A program made the position numbers and the translations under genes. A stretch of 64,000 bases of DNA, taken from the NCBI GenBank assembly GCA_037925075.1, contig JAXSNR010000002.1, positions 192,001 through 256,000 of the forward strand. Reading direction: 5' to 3'. The notes under the pieces were generated by a model. That model saw only the letters and a program-made list of their open reading frames with translations, was not told where the DNA came from and made no database searches. Each line of letters starts with the position of its first letter. The first letter of the stretch is position 1. Below are positions 12,941 to 24,015 of this stretch, one piece after another. The DNA is from Aquificaceae bacterium. Lineage in GTDB: Bacteria > Aquificota > Aquificia > Aquificales > Aquificaceae.

Positions 12941-13586
12941 GTAGGTCCTTTAGCTTTTTCGTCTGAAGCCTTACGTCTTCAGAGTGGAATATGCCGGAGC
13001 CTACCACCAAAATATCCGCGCCCGCTTTTGCCACCTGTAAAAGGTTGTCCTCCTTTATTCCTCCATCTATCTCTATAAGCACAGAGGGGTTTATACTCTC
13101 CACCATGGCTTTTAGCCTTCTTAGCCTGTCCAAGGACCTAGGTATAAACTTCTGCCCTCCAAAGCCCGGATTCACAGACATAAGAAGAACAAAATCCACA
13201 TGGTAAAGCACCTCCTCCAACATACTAAGGGATGTGCCGGGGTTTATCACCACTCCAGCCTTTGCTCCAAGGCTTTTTATAAGCTCAAGGGTTCTGTGTA
13301 TGTGGGGTGTGTTTTCTATATGGACGCTTACCATGTCCGCACCAGCTTTTATAAAGTCCGGTATATACCTGTCTGGGTTTTCTATCATAAGGTGCGCATC
13401 CAAGGGTAAAGGGCAGTGTTTTTTTATGCTTTCTAAAAGCACTGGACCAAAGGTGATGTTTGGCACAAAGTGCCCGTCCATAACATCAAAGTGTATTAGG
13501 TCCGCACCACCTTCTACGCATGCTATTACCTGCTCGCCGAGCCTCCAAAAGTCCGCAGAGAGTATGGAGGGAGCAAGGAGCTTCAA
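12918..13586 (-). CDS. rpe: Ribulose-phosphate 3-epimerase
   Basis: [35 protein letters not shown]. Confidence 0.97.
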   Translation of the reverse strand: MKLLAPSILSADFWRLGEQVIACVEGGADLIHFDVMDGHFVPNITFGPVLLESIKKHCPLPLDAHLMIENPDRYIPDFIKAGADMVSVHIENTPHIHRTLELIKSLGAKAGVVINPGTSLSMLEEVLYHVDFVLLMSVNPGFGGQKFIPRSLDRLRRLKAMVESINPSVLIEIDGGIKEDNLLQVAKAGADILVVGSGIFHSEDVRLQTKKLKDLLTFSEAL

Positions 13587-14887
13587 TCCGCCTCCTCCTC
13601 AACCCTTATAAGCACAGGCTTACCCACAACCACGGGCAAGGTTTGCACCTCTTGCAAGGCTCTACGCATAGACCTTTCGTAAGCCTTATGGGTTAGGATA
13701 ACAAGGGGCACTATGTGTTCCCCTTCCCTTCCCGCAAGCTTGCAGACCTTTTCCTTTTGCAAAACGCTCGCTATGCTTATGTGGTTGTCCGCCAAAACCC
13801 TTGCTATACTTGCCAAAACCCCCGGCTTGTCTGGCACATCAAACCTCAAGTAATACCTGCTGTAAAAATCCTCCGTTAGATTTATATTACCCCCTTCCCA
13901 GTTTATCTTATAGCTACATTCTTCTTTTGAGTGTAGCTTACAAGCTATGTCTATTATGTCGGAAACAACCGCGGACGCTGTGGGATGAGAACCTGCACCT
14001 CTTCCGTAAAACATGGTTTTACCTACAAAGTCTCCTTCCACCATTATGGCATTGAAGACATCGGAGACCTTTGCCAGTGGGTCCTCTTCTGGCAAAAGGG
14101 TGGGATGAACCCTGACCTCTAAGCCCTCCTCCCTTCTTTTGGCTATGGCAAGAAGCTTTAGCGTATAGCCTAACTCCTTCCCAAGTTCTATATCCAAAAG
14201 CTCCACACCTCTTATGCCTTCCACATAGACCTGAGAAAAAGGAAAAAATCCACCGAAGGCTATGTAAGAGAGTATGGCTATCTTGTGGGCACTGTCCCAG
14301 CCGTCTATGTCAAGGGATGGGTCCGCCTCCGCGTATCCCTTTGCCTGGGCCTCTTTTAGGGCACTTTCAAAATCCACGTCCTCCTGAAGCATCCTTGTTA
14401 GTATGTAGTTGGTGGTGCCGTTGAGTATGCCGTATATGGCTTTTATGTTGTTGCCCACAAGAGATTCTCTTACCGCCTTTATTATGGGTATTCCACCACC
14501 CACAGAAGCCTCAAAGCCTATATAAAGCCCCTTATCCTGTGCAAGCTTGAAAAGCTCATTACCTTCTTCTGCAAGAAGATGCTTGTTGGCTGTCACCACA
14601 TGCCTGCCAGAGGTGAGGGCTTCCCTTATGATACCCTTTGCAAAAGTTTTTCCTCCCACAAGCTCCACCACTATATGAGAGCTTTGAATAACCTCCTTGT
14701 AGTCCTTGGTTCTTAGTGCCTCCGGCACATGAAAACTCCTTGGTCTTTCCCAGTCCTTGTCTGCTACCTTTGAAATTTCAATCTCTATGCCTGTTTTTTT
14801 CCTTATGGTCTCAGAGTTTTTGAGAAGTAGCTCCACTACACCAGTGCCCACCACACCGCAACCCACAATTCCAACCCTTACCTTCAA
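13583..14887 (-). CDS. hom: Homoserine dehydrogenase with ACT domain
   Basis: [35 protein letters not shown]. Confidence 0.97.
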   Translation of the reverse strand: MKVRVGIVGCGVVGTGVVELLLKNSETIRKKTGIEIEISKVADKDWERPRSFHVPEALRTKDYKEVIQSSHIVVELVGGKTFAKGIIREALTSGRHVVTANKHLLAEEGNELFKLAQDKGLYIGFEASVGGGIPIIKAVRESLVGNNIKAIYGILNGTTNYILTRMLQEDVDFESALKEAQAKGYAEADPSLDIDGWDSAHKIAILSYIAFGGFFPFSQVYVEGIRGVELLDIELGKELGYTLKLLAIAKRREEGLEVRVHPTLLPEEDPLAKVSDVFNAIMVEGDFVGKTMFYGRGAGSHPTASAVVSDIIDIACKLHSKEECSYKINWEGGNINLTEDFYSRYYLRFDVPDKPGVLASIARVLADNHISIASVLQKEKVCKLAGREGEHIVPLVILTHKAYERSMRRALQEVQTLPVVVGKPVLIRVEEEAD

Positions 14888-15750
14888 GGCCCACCTCCGT
14901 TACCAGTTCTGTAGGGTACGGGTATGTACTGCACCGAAGGCACTTGCGAGCCCATGGGCTGAGGGAAAAGTTCCATAAGGGCATAAACCTCCTCTGGTAC
15001 CTCCGTGTTTACATTCAGACCGAGGTTTTTCAAATATTCTGCTGTAAGGGGGTAGTCATGGGTGTATTTGCCGGTAGCGAGCTCCTCCGCTATAAGTTTT
15101 GCCTTTACCTCTTCCATACCGTTTTGAGTGAGAAGCCAAACAAGGTAAGACTTCATCTGGTCTATGGCTTTTTTGGCTATGTCAGCCATGATAAGTGTTT
15201 GGTCTTCTACATCCTTTATATCCTTTTGCTCAAGCACTTTGAGTATGGACGCGGCGGGCATCTGTCCTATCTGGGGATCCACAGGTCCAAGCACCGCGTT
15301 AGGGTCCATAACTATCTCATCGGAGGCAAGGGCAAGAAGCGTGCCTCCAGACATGGCGTAGTGGGGAACTATTACCCTTACAGGACCCTTGTGTCTTACA
15401 AGGGCGTTTGCAATCTGGGTCGCCGCAAGGGCTAACCCTCCCGGTGTATGAACGATCAGGTCTATGGGCATATCCGGTGGTGTCATCCTTATAGCTCGTA
15501 GTACTTGCTCCGAGTCCTCAATGTTTATGTACCTGAATATGGGTATGCCAAAAAATCCAAGGCTTTCTTGCCTATGTATGAGGGTGATTACCCTGCTCCC
15601 CCTTCTCCCCTCAAGCTGTCTGATAAGGGCTTCCCTTGCTTTTGAGAGGAGAAACCTCTTCCAAAAGGGTACAAAGATAAAGGCTAAGAGTAAAAAGAGC
15701 CATAGGAGATTGATAAGAGAGAAGAAGGGATTATAAAAGGGTTGTTCCAT
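14884..15750 (-). CDS. Membrane-anchored ClpP/crotonase-fold serine proteinase (SDH/DUF114 family)
   Basis: N-terminal TM; IVHTPGG, YAMSGGT, LGPVDPQ, THDYP. Confidence 0.85.
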   Translation of the reverse strand: MEQPFYNPFFSLINLLWLFLLLAFIFVPFWKRFLLSKAREALIRQLEGRRGSRVITLIHRQESLGFFGIPIFRYINIEDSEQVLRAIRMTPPDMPIDLIVHTPGGLALAATQIANALVRHKGPVRVIVPHYAMSGGTLLALASDEIVMDPNAVLGPVDPQIGQMPAASILKVLEQKDIKDVEDQTLIMADIAKKAIDQMKSYLVWLLTQNGMEEVKAKLIAEELATGKYTHDYPLTAEYLKNLGLNVNTEVPEEVYALMELFPQPMGSQVPSVQYIPVPYRTGNGGGP

Positions 15751-15791
15751 GAGGAAAATTATAGCATGCTATGAGATAATAGAATAACCCT

Positions 15792-16808
15792 ATGTCAAGA
15801 GCCAAGCTGAGGATAAGGGCTAAAAGTCTTGAGGAAAATGTAAAAAGCCTTTACAACTTTTCCCAAAAACCCATCATAGCGGTAGTTAAGGCTGATGCCT
15901 ACGGTGTGGGTGCCTTGTACGTGGCTTCAATACTTGAAAACTTAAAGGAGGTCTCCACCCTTGCGGTAGCCTGTGTAGAAGAAGGCATAGAGCTAAGGAA
16001 TGCGGGCATAAGGAAAAAGATCCTTGTACTCGGTGGAGTTTTGAAGGGTGAAGAGAAAGCCTTTGTGGAATACAACTTAACGCCTGTGGTGTCTCACAAG
16101 GAGCATCTTAAAGCCTTAGAAGGTATAAACATACCCATTCAGGTAAAATACGACACGGGCATGGGAAGGCTTGGCTTTCTGGAAGAGCTTTTAGAGGATG
16201 AAAGGGTTGAGGGAGTATTGAGCCATCTTTCAAGCCCTTTGGATGAGGAGCATTCAAGGCTTCAGATAGAACGTTTTCAAAGGATAGTAATACGCTACAA
16301 AAATCTCAAATATGTTCATATGGAAAGCTCCGCGGGAGTTGTATATCGTCTTCCCTTTACCACCCATATACGAGTGGGGCTTGCCCTTTATGGAGAAAAG
16401 CCCATGCAAAACTATCCTGTGGAGCTAAAGCCCGTGCTTGAGCTAAAAGCAAGGCTTCTTTCTGTGAAAACTTTACCCTCGGGCTTTCCCGTGTCTTACT
16501 CAAAAAGCTACATCACACAAGGTCCTACAAAGGTGGGCGTGGTTGCCTTAGGCTATGCGGACGGTCTTATGAAGAGCCTCTCCAACAGGGCAAACCTTTT
16601 TTACAAGGGAAAGCCTGTTAGGATACTTGGAAACATAACCATGGACATGACCATGGTGGACCTTACAGACACCGATGCACAGGTGGGAGATTGGATAGAG
16701 GTGGTGGGAGAAAACCAGACTTTTACAGACCTTGCAAGGCTTGCGGGAACGATACCTTACGAGCTTATGACAAACCTTTCAAAAAGGATAAGGAGAGAGC
16801 CATGTTGA
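15792..16808 (+). CDS. alr: Alanine racemase
   Basis: AVVKADAYG (PLP Lys), DTGMGRLG, GYADG, TIPYE. Confidence 0.95.
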   Translation: MSRAKLRIRAKSLEENVKSLYNFSQKPIIAVVKADAYGVGALYVASILENLKEVSTLAVACVEEGIELRNAGIRKKILVLGGVLKGEEKAFVEYNLTPVVSHKEHLKALEGINIPIQVKYDTGMGRLGFLEELLEDERVEGVLSHLSSPLDEEHSRLQIERFQRIVIRYKNLKYVHMESSAGVVYRLPFTTHIRVGLALYGEKPMQNYPVELKPVLELKARLLSVKTLPSGFPVSYSKSYITQGPTKVGVVALGYADGLMKSLSNRANLFYKGKPVRILGNITMDMTMVDLTDTDAQVGDWIEVVGENQTFTDLARLAGTIPYELMTNLSKRIRREPC

Positions 16809-17401
16809 TAACCTTTGAAGGTATAGACGGCTCTGGCAAAAGCACTCAGGCAAAAAGGCTTTACGAACATCTCAAAAGCCTTGGCTATAAGGTTTCCCTT
16901 TACAGGGACCCTGGCTCAACGCCCTTGGCGGAGAAAATTAGGGAGCTTTTACTGGACTTTGAGATGGATCCTACCACAGAGCTTTTGCTTTTTGAGTGTG
17001 CAAGGTCAAGCCTTGTTTGGGAAAAAGTCTTTCCAGACTTAAAAGAGGGCAAGATTGTTATACTGGACCGCTTTATAGACTCCACAACCGCCTACCAAGG
17101 CTACGGAAGGGAGATAAACTTAGGCACGGTGAATATACTAAACCACATGGCGACAAGGGGCAGAAAGCCAGACATAACCTTTTTGCTTAACGTTCCCATT
17201 GATGTGGCAATAGAAAGGATAAGTGCTAAGAAAACCCGCTTTGAGGACAGGGATTACCTTAGAAGGGTGAGGGATGCATACATCCTTATGGCAAGCCAGG
17301 AGAAGGAAAGGATAGTGCTTATTGACGCAAACAGGGATCAAGAGGAGGTCTTTGAGGACCTTCTTGGGGTTTTAAGGGATAGGTTTGGGCTTGATGTATA
17401 A
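16802..17401 (+). CDS. tmk: Thymidylate kinase
   Basis: ITFEGIDGSGKST P-loop, LDRFIDSTTAYQG; start at MLITF. Confidence 0.96.
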   Translation: MLITFEGIDGSGKSTQAKRLYEHLKSLGYKVSLYRDPGSTPLAEKIRELLLDFEMDPTTELLLFECARSSLVWEKVFPDLKEGKIVILDRFIDSTTAYQGYGREINLGTVNILNHMATRGRKPDITFLLNVPIDVAIERISAKKTRFEDRDYLRRVRDAYILMASQEKERIVLIDANRDQEEVFEDLLGVLRDRFGLDV

Positions 17402-17422
17402 TCTTTGGAAGGAGGCTCCACC

Positions 17423-17782
17423 ATGCAAGACTGTATCTTTTGCAAGATAGTAAGGAAGGAAATACCTTCAAAGGGTGTTTATGAGGATGATCTGGTCTAT
17501 GCCTTTCATGATATTAACCCTGTTGCACCAACCCACATACTTATAGTGCCAAAAAAACACATAGTGGGTGTTCAAAGCCTTGAGCCAGAGGATGTGCCTA
17601 CCGTGGGGCACATGTTTTACGTGGCGAGGAAGTTGGGAGAAGAGTTGGGATATGCACCCGATGAGAAGCTAAACAAGGGCTACAGGCTTGTTTTTAACGT
17701 GGGCAAGGATGCGGGGCAGAGCGTATTTCACCTTCACCTTCACTTTATAGCAGGGAGGAGTATGTCCTGGCCACCGGGCTGA
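17423..17782 (+). CDS. Histidine triad nucleotide-binding protein (HinT-like)
   Basis: DCIFCKI, FHLHLH triad, WPPG end; SD GGAGG. Confidence 0.95.
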   Translation: MQDCIFCKIVRKEIPSKGVYEDDLVYAFHDINPVAPTHILIVPKKHIVGVQSLEPEDVPTVGHMFYVARKLGEELGYAPDEKLNKGYRLVFNVGKDAGQSVFHLHLHFIAGRSMSWPPG

Positions 17783-18726
17783 TATCCTTCAGAGATTGGA
17801 TGTCCCATAGGGTAAGGGAGTATTATAGGGGGGATTTCAGAAGGGATTTTTTTACCGCACCTGAGCTTGATAGGGCTTTTGGATACGCCCTTGCGGAACA
17901 TATTGCGGAGCTTATAAAGGGCTTTGAAGAGCCCGCACTTCTTGAGTTAGGCGGTGGCACTGGAGCTCTTGCATACGATATTCTTAGCTACCTTAAAGAA
18001 AGGGAAAGAAAGCTCTTTGAAAGGCTTAGGTATTACATATACGACTTTAGCTTACCCCTTGTGGAGCTTCAGAAAAAAAGGCTTAGAGATTTTGAGGGTA
18101 AGGTCTTTTGGTGTGATGGGCTTTTTCCCGTTGAGGGTGTGGTTTTTTCTAACGAGTTTTTTGACTGTTTGCCAGTGCATTTGGTAAAGGAGGGTAAGGA
18201 GCTTTTTGTAAAGGATGGGGAGGGTGTATGGCTTGAGCTAAAAGACCAGTCTGTTAAAGAAGTTATAAGGAGGATGGGCTACGAAGAGCTTTCGCAGGTG
18301 GTGGAGGTATGCGTGGACTGTGTGGAGTTTCTGAGAGAACTTTCAAAAAACCTCGTAAGAGGATACCACCTTGTGATAGATTACGGGTATACCTCAAGGG
18401 AGATGGGTAGGTTTGCGGAAGGTACTGTTTTGGGCTACCGCCATCACAAGGTAGAAAAGGATGTTTTAAAAGCCAAAGAACCCATGGACATAACCGCACA
18501 TGTGAACTTTTCACTTCTTGAGGAGTACGGAAGGGACTTTGGGCTTGAAAAGGTATATCTGAACAGCTTGAGGGATTTTCTTATGGAAAGTCAAGCCTTT
18601 GTTAAGGAGCTTGAAAATCTGAGCTTTTCTGAAAGGCCGGAGGACATAGAGAGGCTTTCACGTATAAAGACCATGCTCCTCAGTATGGGTGATCGCTTTA
18701 AGGTACTTCTTCAGAGAAGGCTATAA
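17779..18726 (+). CDS. SAM-dependent methyltransferase, MidA/NDUFAF7 family (probable CTG start; first ATG at 17800)
   Basis: DFFTAPEL, ELGGGTG, SNEFFDCLP, IDYG, DITAHVNF; in-frame ISFRDWM upstream of the ATG. Confidence 0.85.
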   Translation: MISFRDWMSHRVREYYRGDFRRDFFTAPELDRAFGYALAEHIAELIKGFEEPALLELGGGTGALAYDILSYLKERERKLFERLRYYIYDFSLPLVELQKKRLRDFEGKVFWCDGLFPVEGVVFSNEFFDCLPVHLVKEGKELFVKDGEGVWLELKDQSVKEVIRRMGYEELSQVVEVCVDCVEFLRELSKNLVRGYHLVIDYGYTSREMGRFAEGTVLGYRHHKVEKDVLKAKEPMDITAHVNFSLLEEYGRDFGLEKVYLNSLRDFLMESQAFVKELENLSFSERPEDIERLSRIKTMLLSMGDRFKVLLQRRL

Positions 18727-20223
18727 AGCCCTTAGCTCCAGCTCATAAACCTCTCCTCTGTTTTGTATAGTTAGAGTGCCCGTCTTTCCTGTGAGCACCA
18801 AAATCCTTCCATCTTTTGTGGTAAGGACAGCCTGCACGGATTCTTCAAAGTTCCCACCCCTTATCTGTTTTATAGATATGAGGTCTTTTCGCCTCTCTCC
18901 CAAAACAAAAAGCTCGCCCCTACTGTATTTCACTATATCCAAAAACCTTTGAACCACACCTGTGTGGTTTTTTATCACAAAAGCCACGTGGAAGTTAAGA
19001 AGCTTTGTAGAAGCCCCCCTTGGGTTAAAGACGAAGTTTAGCTTGCCCTGTTCAAAGGGAATCTCCACAAGGGTGTAAGAGCCACCAAAACCTTCCTCCG
19101 TTGAGAAAACCTCCGCATCTCCTTTAAAGACCCTTACTCTGCCTGTGCTGTCTGTAAAGACCAGATAGTCCTCAAAGTAAAAGGCACTGTCTATTCTAAA
19201 GCCTCTTGGAGCAAGGAAGGCCCCTGTTTCCTTTAGGTTTTCACCCTCAAGGGATAGCCTTATGGTTTGTCCAAACCTGTCTCTAAAGTTAAACCTTTGA
19301 CCTATAAGGGTTTCCTTTGGTCTTTTCTTGTCAAGCACTGCCATAAGGTAGGGTATGTTTTTCCTTATTGCTACAAAGCTATCCCCAACCGCCCTGAGTA
19401 TGAGGGAGCTTGCGGAGTCTCCGCTTATAATGTTCACAAGTACCAAATCCTTCCCTTCGGTGGTTATTTTTCCACACTGAAGCCCTACAGAAACACCAGC
19501 AGGTAGGCTGTATTCAAACCTTTTAACAAGGTCCCTTTTCAAAAGCTCATAAACCTCCACCTTGCCAGAGAAAAGCACCACGAGAAACTCCTTCCCTGTT
19601 CCAGTAAGGTCGCAAAGGTCCGCAGAAAGTGGTACCGATGGCAGAGATTTTATAAGTCTGGGTCTTGCAAGCAGGTTTATATCCTCAAAGCTTGCCCTTT
19701 CTATGCTTTGCACAACCGCCTGCTGGAAGAAGGCTACGGGAGAGGCCTTATACTCAACGCCTATTCCATCCCTTAGCTCCCTTATGGTGTATGTGCATGC
19801 CTTTTCCCTCTTTAGCTCTGGTATTACGGAACGAAGCTTAAAAAAACCTTCTTCTGAGCCCTCAAAACACACATCCCCTACCAACAGCTTTATCCTGTCC
19901 CCTTCCCTTACAGAGCCTTCAAGGACCTTTGCATAGGAAAAGCCGTCTTGGAGCTCTTCCACCCTTAGCCTTCCCACCCTCTGGCTCTCTTTGCCTATTA
20001 CCTGTTTTGTGATGGGATGGACGATTTCCTTTCCCTCCCTTATAACCACAAACTCTTCACCCACCCTTACCTTTTCCCTACCAAGGTCTATTATGGCTTT
20101 GCCCCCCTCCACCTTTACCACATAGCCTTCCCTTTGGAAAAAGTCCCTTATACCTTGCAAAACCTCTTGAGCATGCACCTTTAAAGAAAGAAGCAGTATA
20201 AGGACTAAGACAAGCTTTCCCAT
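18721..20223 (-). CDS. Exported protein with FlgT-C-like N-terminal domain and probable beta-propeller
   Basis: Signal peptide; [12 protein letters not shown] motif; [13 protein letters not shown]-like repeat. Confidence 0.55.
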   Translation of the reverse strand: MGKLVLVLILLLSLKVHAQEVLQGIRDFFQREGYVVKVEGGKAIIDLGREKVRVGEEFVVIREGKEIVHPITKQVIGKESQRVGRLRVEELQDGFSYAKVLEGSVREGDRIKLLVGDVCFEGSEEGFFKLRSVIPELKREKACTYTIRELRDGIGVEYKASPVAFFQQAVVQSIERASFEDINLLARPRLIKSLPSVPLSADLCDLTGTGKEFLVVLFSGKVEVYELLKRDLVKRFEYSLPAGVSVGLQCGKITTEGKDLVLVNIISGDSASSLILRAVGDSFVAIRKNIPYLMAVLDKKRPKETLIGQRFNFRDRFGQTIRLSLEGENLKETGAFLAPRGFRIDSAFYFEDYLVFTDSTGRVRVFKGDAEVFSTEEGFGGSYTLVEIPFEQGKLNFVFNPRGASTKLLNFHVAFVIKNHTGVVQRFLDIVKYSRGELFVLGERRKDLISIKQIRGGNFEESVQAVLTTKDGRILVLTGKTGTLTIQNRGEVYELELRAL

Positions 20224-21299
20224 AGCTCCTCCATAGCTTTTATTATGGCGTCGGTCATAGCTTGAGTTCCTACCTTTATCTTGCCTTCTGTGTATATATC
20301 TGGAGTTCTGTAGCCCCTTTCAAGCACAAGTTCCACAGCCTTCTCTATTAAGTCAGCTTCCTTGCTAAGCCCAAAGGAGTATCTTAGCATCATGCTTGCG
20401 GACAGTATGGTCGCTATTGGGTTTGCAACACCTTTACCCGCTATATCTGGAGCGGAGCCATGCACTGGCTCATAGAGAGCATACCTGTCTCCAAGGCTTG
20501 CGGAAGGTAGCATACCAAGACTTCCCGTTATAACCGCCGCCTCATCAGAAAGTATATCTCCAAAGATATTTCCCGTTACTATCACGTCGAAAGAAGAAGG
20601 TCTTCTCACAATTTGCATGGCACAGTTGTCCACATAAAGGTGTTCCAGCTCCACCTCTGGATAGTTTTTTGCCTCTTCCTCCACCACAGCCTTCCACAAA
20701 CCGCTTACCTCAAGCACGTTGGACTTATCCACGCTTGTGAGCTTTTTTCTTCTCTGACGGGCTATTTCAAAGGACTTACGAACCACACGCCTTATCTCAT
20801 CTTCAGTGTATCTCATAGTGTTTATGCCCACCCTTTTACCATCCTCCACAAAAATACCCCTTGGCTCCCCATAGTAAACATCACCCGTAAGCTCCCTGAC
20901 CACTATAAAGTCTGTCCCCCTTGCCACCTCCTCTTTTAGAGGTGAGGAAGAGATCAAAGGTTCATACACCTTTGCGGGTCTTAGGTTTGCATAAAGGTCT
21001 AAGGCCTTTCTTATGCCAAGAAGCCCCTTTTCAGGCCTTTTGTCCGTGGGAAGGTCATCCCATTTGGGACCCCCTACCGCACCCAAAAGCACCGCATCCG
21101 CCCTAAGGCATAGCTCCACCGTCTCCTGTGGCAAAGGCATGCCCCTTTGGTCTATGGCGGAGCCACCTATGAGAGCCTTTTCAAAAACAAAGTCCACGCC
21201 AGAGAGCTCTCCAATTTTCTTTAGAACCCTTACCGCGGAAGCTACCACTTCTGGACCAATTCCATCCCCTTCTAGAACCGCTACCTTGAAAGTGGCCAT
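20205..21299 (-). CDS. leuB: 3-isopropylmalate dehydrogenase
   Basis: [37 protein letters not shown]; start at MATFK. Confidence 0.97.
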   Translation of the reverse strand: MATFKVAVLEGDGIGPEVVASAVRVLKKIGELSGVDFVFEKALIGGSAIDQRGMPLPQETVELCLRADAVLLGAVGGPKWDDLPTDKRPEKGLLGIRKALDLYANLRPAKVYEPLISSSPLKEEVARGTDFIVVRELTGDVYYGEPRGIFVEDGKRVGINTMRYTEDEIRRVVRKSFEIARQRRKKLTSVDKSNVLEVSGLWKAVVEEEAKNYPEVELEHLYVDNCAMQIVRRPSSFDVIVTGNIFGDILSDEAAVITGSLGMLPSASLGDRYALYEPVHGSAPDIAGKGVANPIATILSASMMLRYSFGLSKEADLIEKAVELVLERGYRTPDIYTEGKIKVGTQAMTDAIIKAMEELWESLS

Positions 21300-21321
21300 A
21301 GGGTGTATTATACTAAACCTT
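21300..21321. promoter_or_regulatory. Bidirectional promoter core with overlapping -10 hexamers serving leaderless leuB and ffh
   Basis: TATACT (+, 21309-14) and TATAAT (-, 21312-07), each 7 nt from an ATG; no SD. Confidence 0.6.
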
Positions 21322-22641
21322 ATGTTAGAACTGCTCACCGAAAAATTTGGTAAGGCTCTTGATAGGATAAGAGACACGAGAAAACTTACAGAAAAGCAGG
21401 TAAACGATATTCTCAGAGATGTAAGAGCTGCCCTTATAGAGGCGGATGTGGATTACGAGGTGGTAAAGGCTTTTATAAAAAGGGTAAGAGAAAGGGCTTT
21501 GAAGGAAGACCTTACAAAAAGCCCATCACCTCAGGACAGCTTTTTGCTTACCATATACGAGGAGCTTGTTCAAACCCTTGGTGGTGAAAAGCAAGACCTT
21601 AAAAAGGGTGTGGTGCTTTTTGTGGGACTTCAGGGAACAGGCAAAACCACAACCATAGGTAAGATAGCCAACTATCTCAAAGAGCAAGGGTTTAAGGTTT
21701 CTGTAAGCTCCACGGACGTAAGAAGGCCTGCGGCGATGCTACAACTACAAAGGCTTGCGGAAAAAGTGGGTGTGTCCTACTACGGCTTTGAAGAAGGACT
21801 TACCGCGGTGGAGATAGCAAAAAGGGCTTTGGAGATGGCTAAAAGGGAAGGTGTTGATTATCTACTCCTTGATACTGCGGGAAGGCTTCACATAGATGAG
21901 GAGCTTATGGAAGAGCTAAAAGAAATAAAAGGAAATGTCAGACCCTCAGAGGTTATATACGTTGCAGACGCCATGCAAGGACAGTCTGCCCTTGAGTCCG
22001 CAAGAAGATTTCACGAGGTGCTCGGGCTTACCGGCGTGGTGCTTACAAAGATGGATGGAGATGCGAGGGGTGGCGTTGCCCTTTCTGTGAAAGAAGCCCT
22101 CGGTGTGGGTGTAAAGTTTATAGGTGTGGGTGAAAGGATAGAAGACATAGAGCCCTTTTATCCTGACAGGATAGCCCAGAGGATACTGGGTCTTGGTGAT
22201 ATACAAACCCTTGCGGAGAAAGCTCAAAAAGTGATCCCAGAGGATGAAGCCCAAGCCCTTGCCTTTAAGGTGCTCAAGGGAGAGTTTGACCTTGAGGACA
22301 TGCTTAAACAAATAAGGTTTATAAAGAACATGGGACCCCTTGACAAGCTTCTTGGCATGCTTCCTGGTATAGGTGCACAGCTAAAGGGTCTAAAGATAGA
22401 AGAGAGTAAGTTCAAGAAAACAGAAGCCATAATCCTTTCCATGACAAAGCAGGAAAGGAGAAACCCCAAAATAATAAACATGAGCAGAAGACAGAGGATA
22501 GCAAAGGGAAGTGGTACAACAGTTTCCGATGTAAACAGGGTCCTCAAGGACTACGAAGAGATGAAGAAGATGATCAAAAAGCTCAAAGGTTTGCAGGGCA
22601 TACCACAACTACCAAAGTTCCCCTTCCCCTTCAAAAGGTAG
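21322..22641 (+). CDS. ffh: Signal recognition particle protein
   Basis: [39 protein letters not shown]; start at MLELL. Confidence 0.97.
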   Translation: MLELLTEKFGKALDRIRDTRKLTEKQVNDILRDVRAALIEADVDYEVVKAFIKRVRERALKEDLTKSPSPQDSFLLTIYEELVQTLGGEKQDLKKGVVLFVGLQGTGKTTTIGKIANYLKEQGFKVSVSSTDVRRPAAMLQLQRLAEKVGVSYYGFEEGLTAVEIAKRALEMAKREGVDYLLLDTAGRLHIDEELMEELKEIKGNVRPSEVIYVADAMQGQSALESARRFHEVLGLTGVVLTKMDGDARGGVALSVKEALGVGVKFIGVGERIEDIEPFYPDRIAQRILGLGDIQTLAEKAQKVIPEDEAQALAFKVLKGEFDLEDMLKQIRFIKNMGPLDKLLGMLPGIGAQLKGLKIEESKFKKTEAIILSMTKQERRNPKIINMSRRQRIAKGSGTTVSDVNRVLKDYEEMKKMIKKLKGLQGIPQLPKFPFPFKR

Positions 22642-23082
22642 GCATTCTATACGGAGCTTTTTTATATTCTCATCTATCTCTTTCATGGTCTTTGTGTACT
22701 CTTCTCTGTCCCTTTTACTTTTTGCTTCCTTTACAAGTTTGAGGGCAAGACAGTACTCACCCCTTTTGTTAAGCACGTAAGCCAGGTTGTTCAAAAGGTC
22801 AGGGTCTCTTTCTATCTCAAGGGCTTTGAGGTAAAGCTCTTCTGCCCTTTCCCACTCTTCCCTTTTAGCGTACATGTTTCCGAGATTGTAGTAAGCAAGC
22901 CAGTTTTTCCTATCCTTTCTTATGGCTTTTAGGTACTCTTTCTCCGCAAGCTCCAGCCTACCCTGTTTTTCATAGATGTATCCAAGGTCTGTGTGTTCCT
23001 TTGAAGTAAGAGGGTCGCTAAAAACCACAATTTTTGCACAAGAGGAGAGAAAAATAGACAGAATAAACAAGAATAATATCAT
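22609..23082 (-). CDS. TPR-repeat lipoprotein
   Basis: Lipobox LSSC; TPR patterns AYYNLGNMY, LLNNLAY. Confidence 0.8.
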   Translation of the reverse strand: MILFLFILSIFLSSCAKIVVFSDPLTSKEHTDLGYIYEKQGRLELAEKEYLKAIRKDRKNWLAYYNLGNMYAKREEWERAEELYLKALEIERDPDLLNNLAYVLNKRGEYCLALKLVKEAKSKRDREEYTKTMKEIDENIKKLRIECLPFEGEGELW

Positions 23083-23702
23083 TCTAAAATCCCGATAGAA
23101 AGGGTTTCACTTCCAAAAAAGTATCCGTGTCCTACATCTACACCTAATTTAATAGCTAAGTCAAGTTTTTTGGTTGAGTCTATGTTTTTAAATCCCACCT
23201 TTACATTAAAAAGCTTAAAACTTGCTGTTAGACGTTCCAAATCTGATATTTTGGCGTTTGTGTAAAAGTCTTCACTTAAAAACACATAATCAAAAGCCCC
23301 CACTCTAAACTCTTTAGTTTCGTAACCAATGGTGCTATATCCGTCTAAAGCACATTTTAAACCACCTCTCCTTAAAGAACCTATAATTTCAGCCAATTCT
23401 GAAAGCCCCATGTCCTGTGGAAGACACACAACGAAATTTTTGCTTATGACTGGTAGCTCTTCTAACTCCATAGTTAATGGTTTTTTGATAAAGATGGGTT
23501 TTGTGATTATTTTACGGGCTACAGTCCTTAATACCATGCTTTCAGCTTTTGCTCTTGTTTCCCTGTCCACAAGGTCCTTAAAGCTAAGCTCCAAATTGTC
23601 ATAAAACACCCTTGTTAAAACCCAGTATCCATGAAGGCTTTGATCTTTTAGGTTTACCACATTTTCAAGGTAGGCGTAAACTCTTAGTTTTTTCCCCTCC
23701 AT
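23079..23702 (-). CDS. Degenerate stand-alone EAL-domain protein
   Basis: EAL-like layout with EAL->WVL, DDFGTG->DGYSTIG, QGY->HGYFF. Confidence 0.65.
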   Translation of the reverse strand: MEGKKLRVYAYLENVVNLKDQSLHGYWVLTRVFYDNLELSFKDLVDRETRAKAESMVLRTVARKIITKPIFIKKPLTMELEELPVISKNFVVCLPQDMGLSELAEIIGSLRRGGLKCALDGYSTIGYETKEFRVGAFDYVFLSEDFYTNAKISDLERLTASFKLFNVKVGFKNIDSTKKLDLAIKLGVDVGHGYFFGSETLSIGILE

Positions 23703-23739
23703 ACGGATAATATGTTATAATAACAAAGGAGGTTATGCA

Positions 23740-24015
23740 ATGGGTATAATAGTAAGAGTTCCTACACCTCTCAGAAGGCTTACCAACGGTCAAGGTGAGG
23801 TAAGCGTGGAAGCCACCAACATAAGGGAAGCAATACATAAATTGGAGGAGCTTTATCCGGGCTTTAAAGAGAGGCTTATAGATGAGCAAGGTGAAGTGAG
23901 AAGGTTTGTAAACCTCTACCTTAACGATGAGGATATAAGGTTTTTGAAGGGTCTTGATACAGAGCTAAAAGATGGAGATGTACTTTCCATAGTTCCCGCT
24001 ATTGCAGGTGGTTAG
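23740..24015 (+). CDS. Ubiquitin-like sulfur carrier (MoaD/ThiS/CysO family)
   Basis: 91 aa, VNLYLNDEDIR, C-terminal PAIAGG; extended -10 and SD upstream. Confidence 0.9.
   Translation: MGIIVRVPTPLRRLTNGQGEVSVEATNIREAIHKLEELYPGFKERLIDEQGEVRRFVNLYLNDEDIRFLKGLDTELKDGDVLSIVPAIAGG

Noticed and set aside
16691..16801. Upstream extension of tmk
   Set aside because: Lies within alr; the P-loop protein starts at 16802
21013..21321. 103-aa N-terminal extension of Ffh in the ORF track
   Set aside because: Overlaps leuB antisense; Ffh homology starts at Met 21322
21300..21377. N-terminal extension of LeuB
   Set aside because: Overlaps the ffh start; LeuB homology begins at 21299
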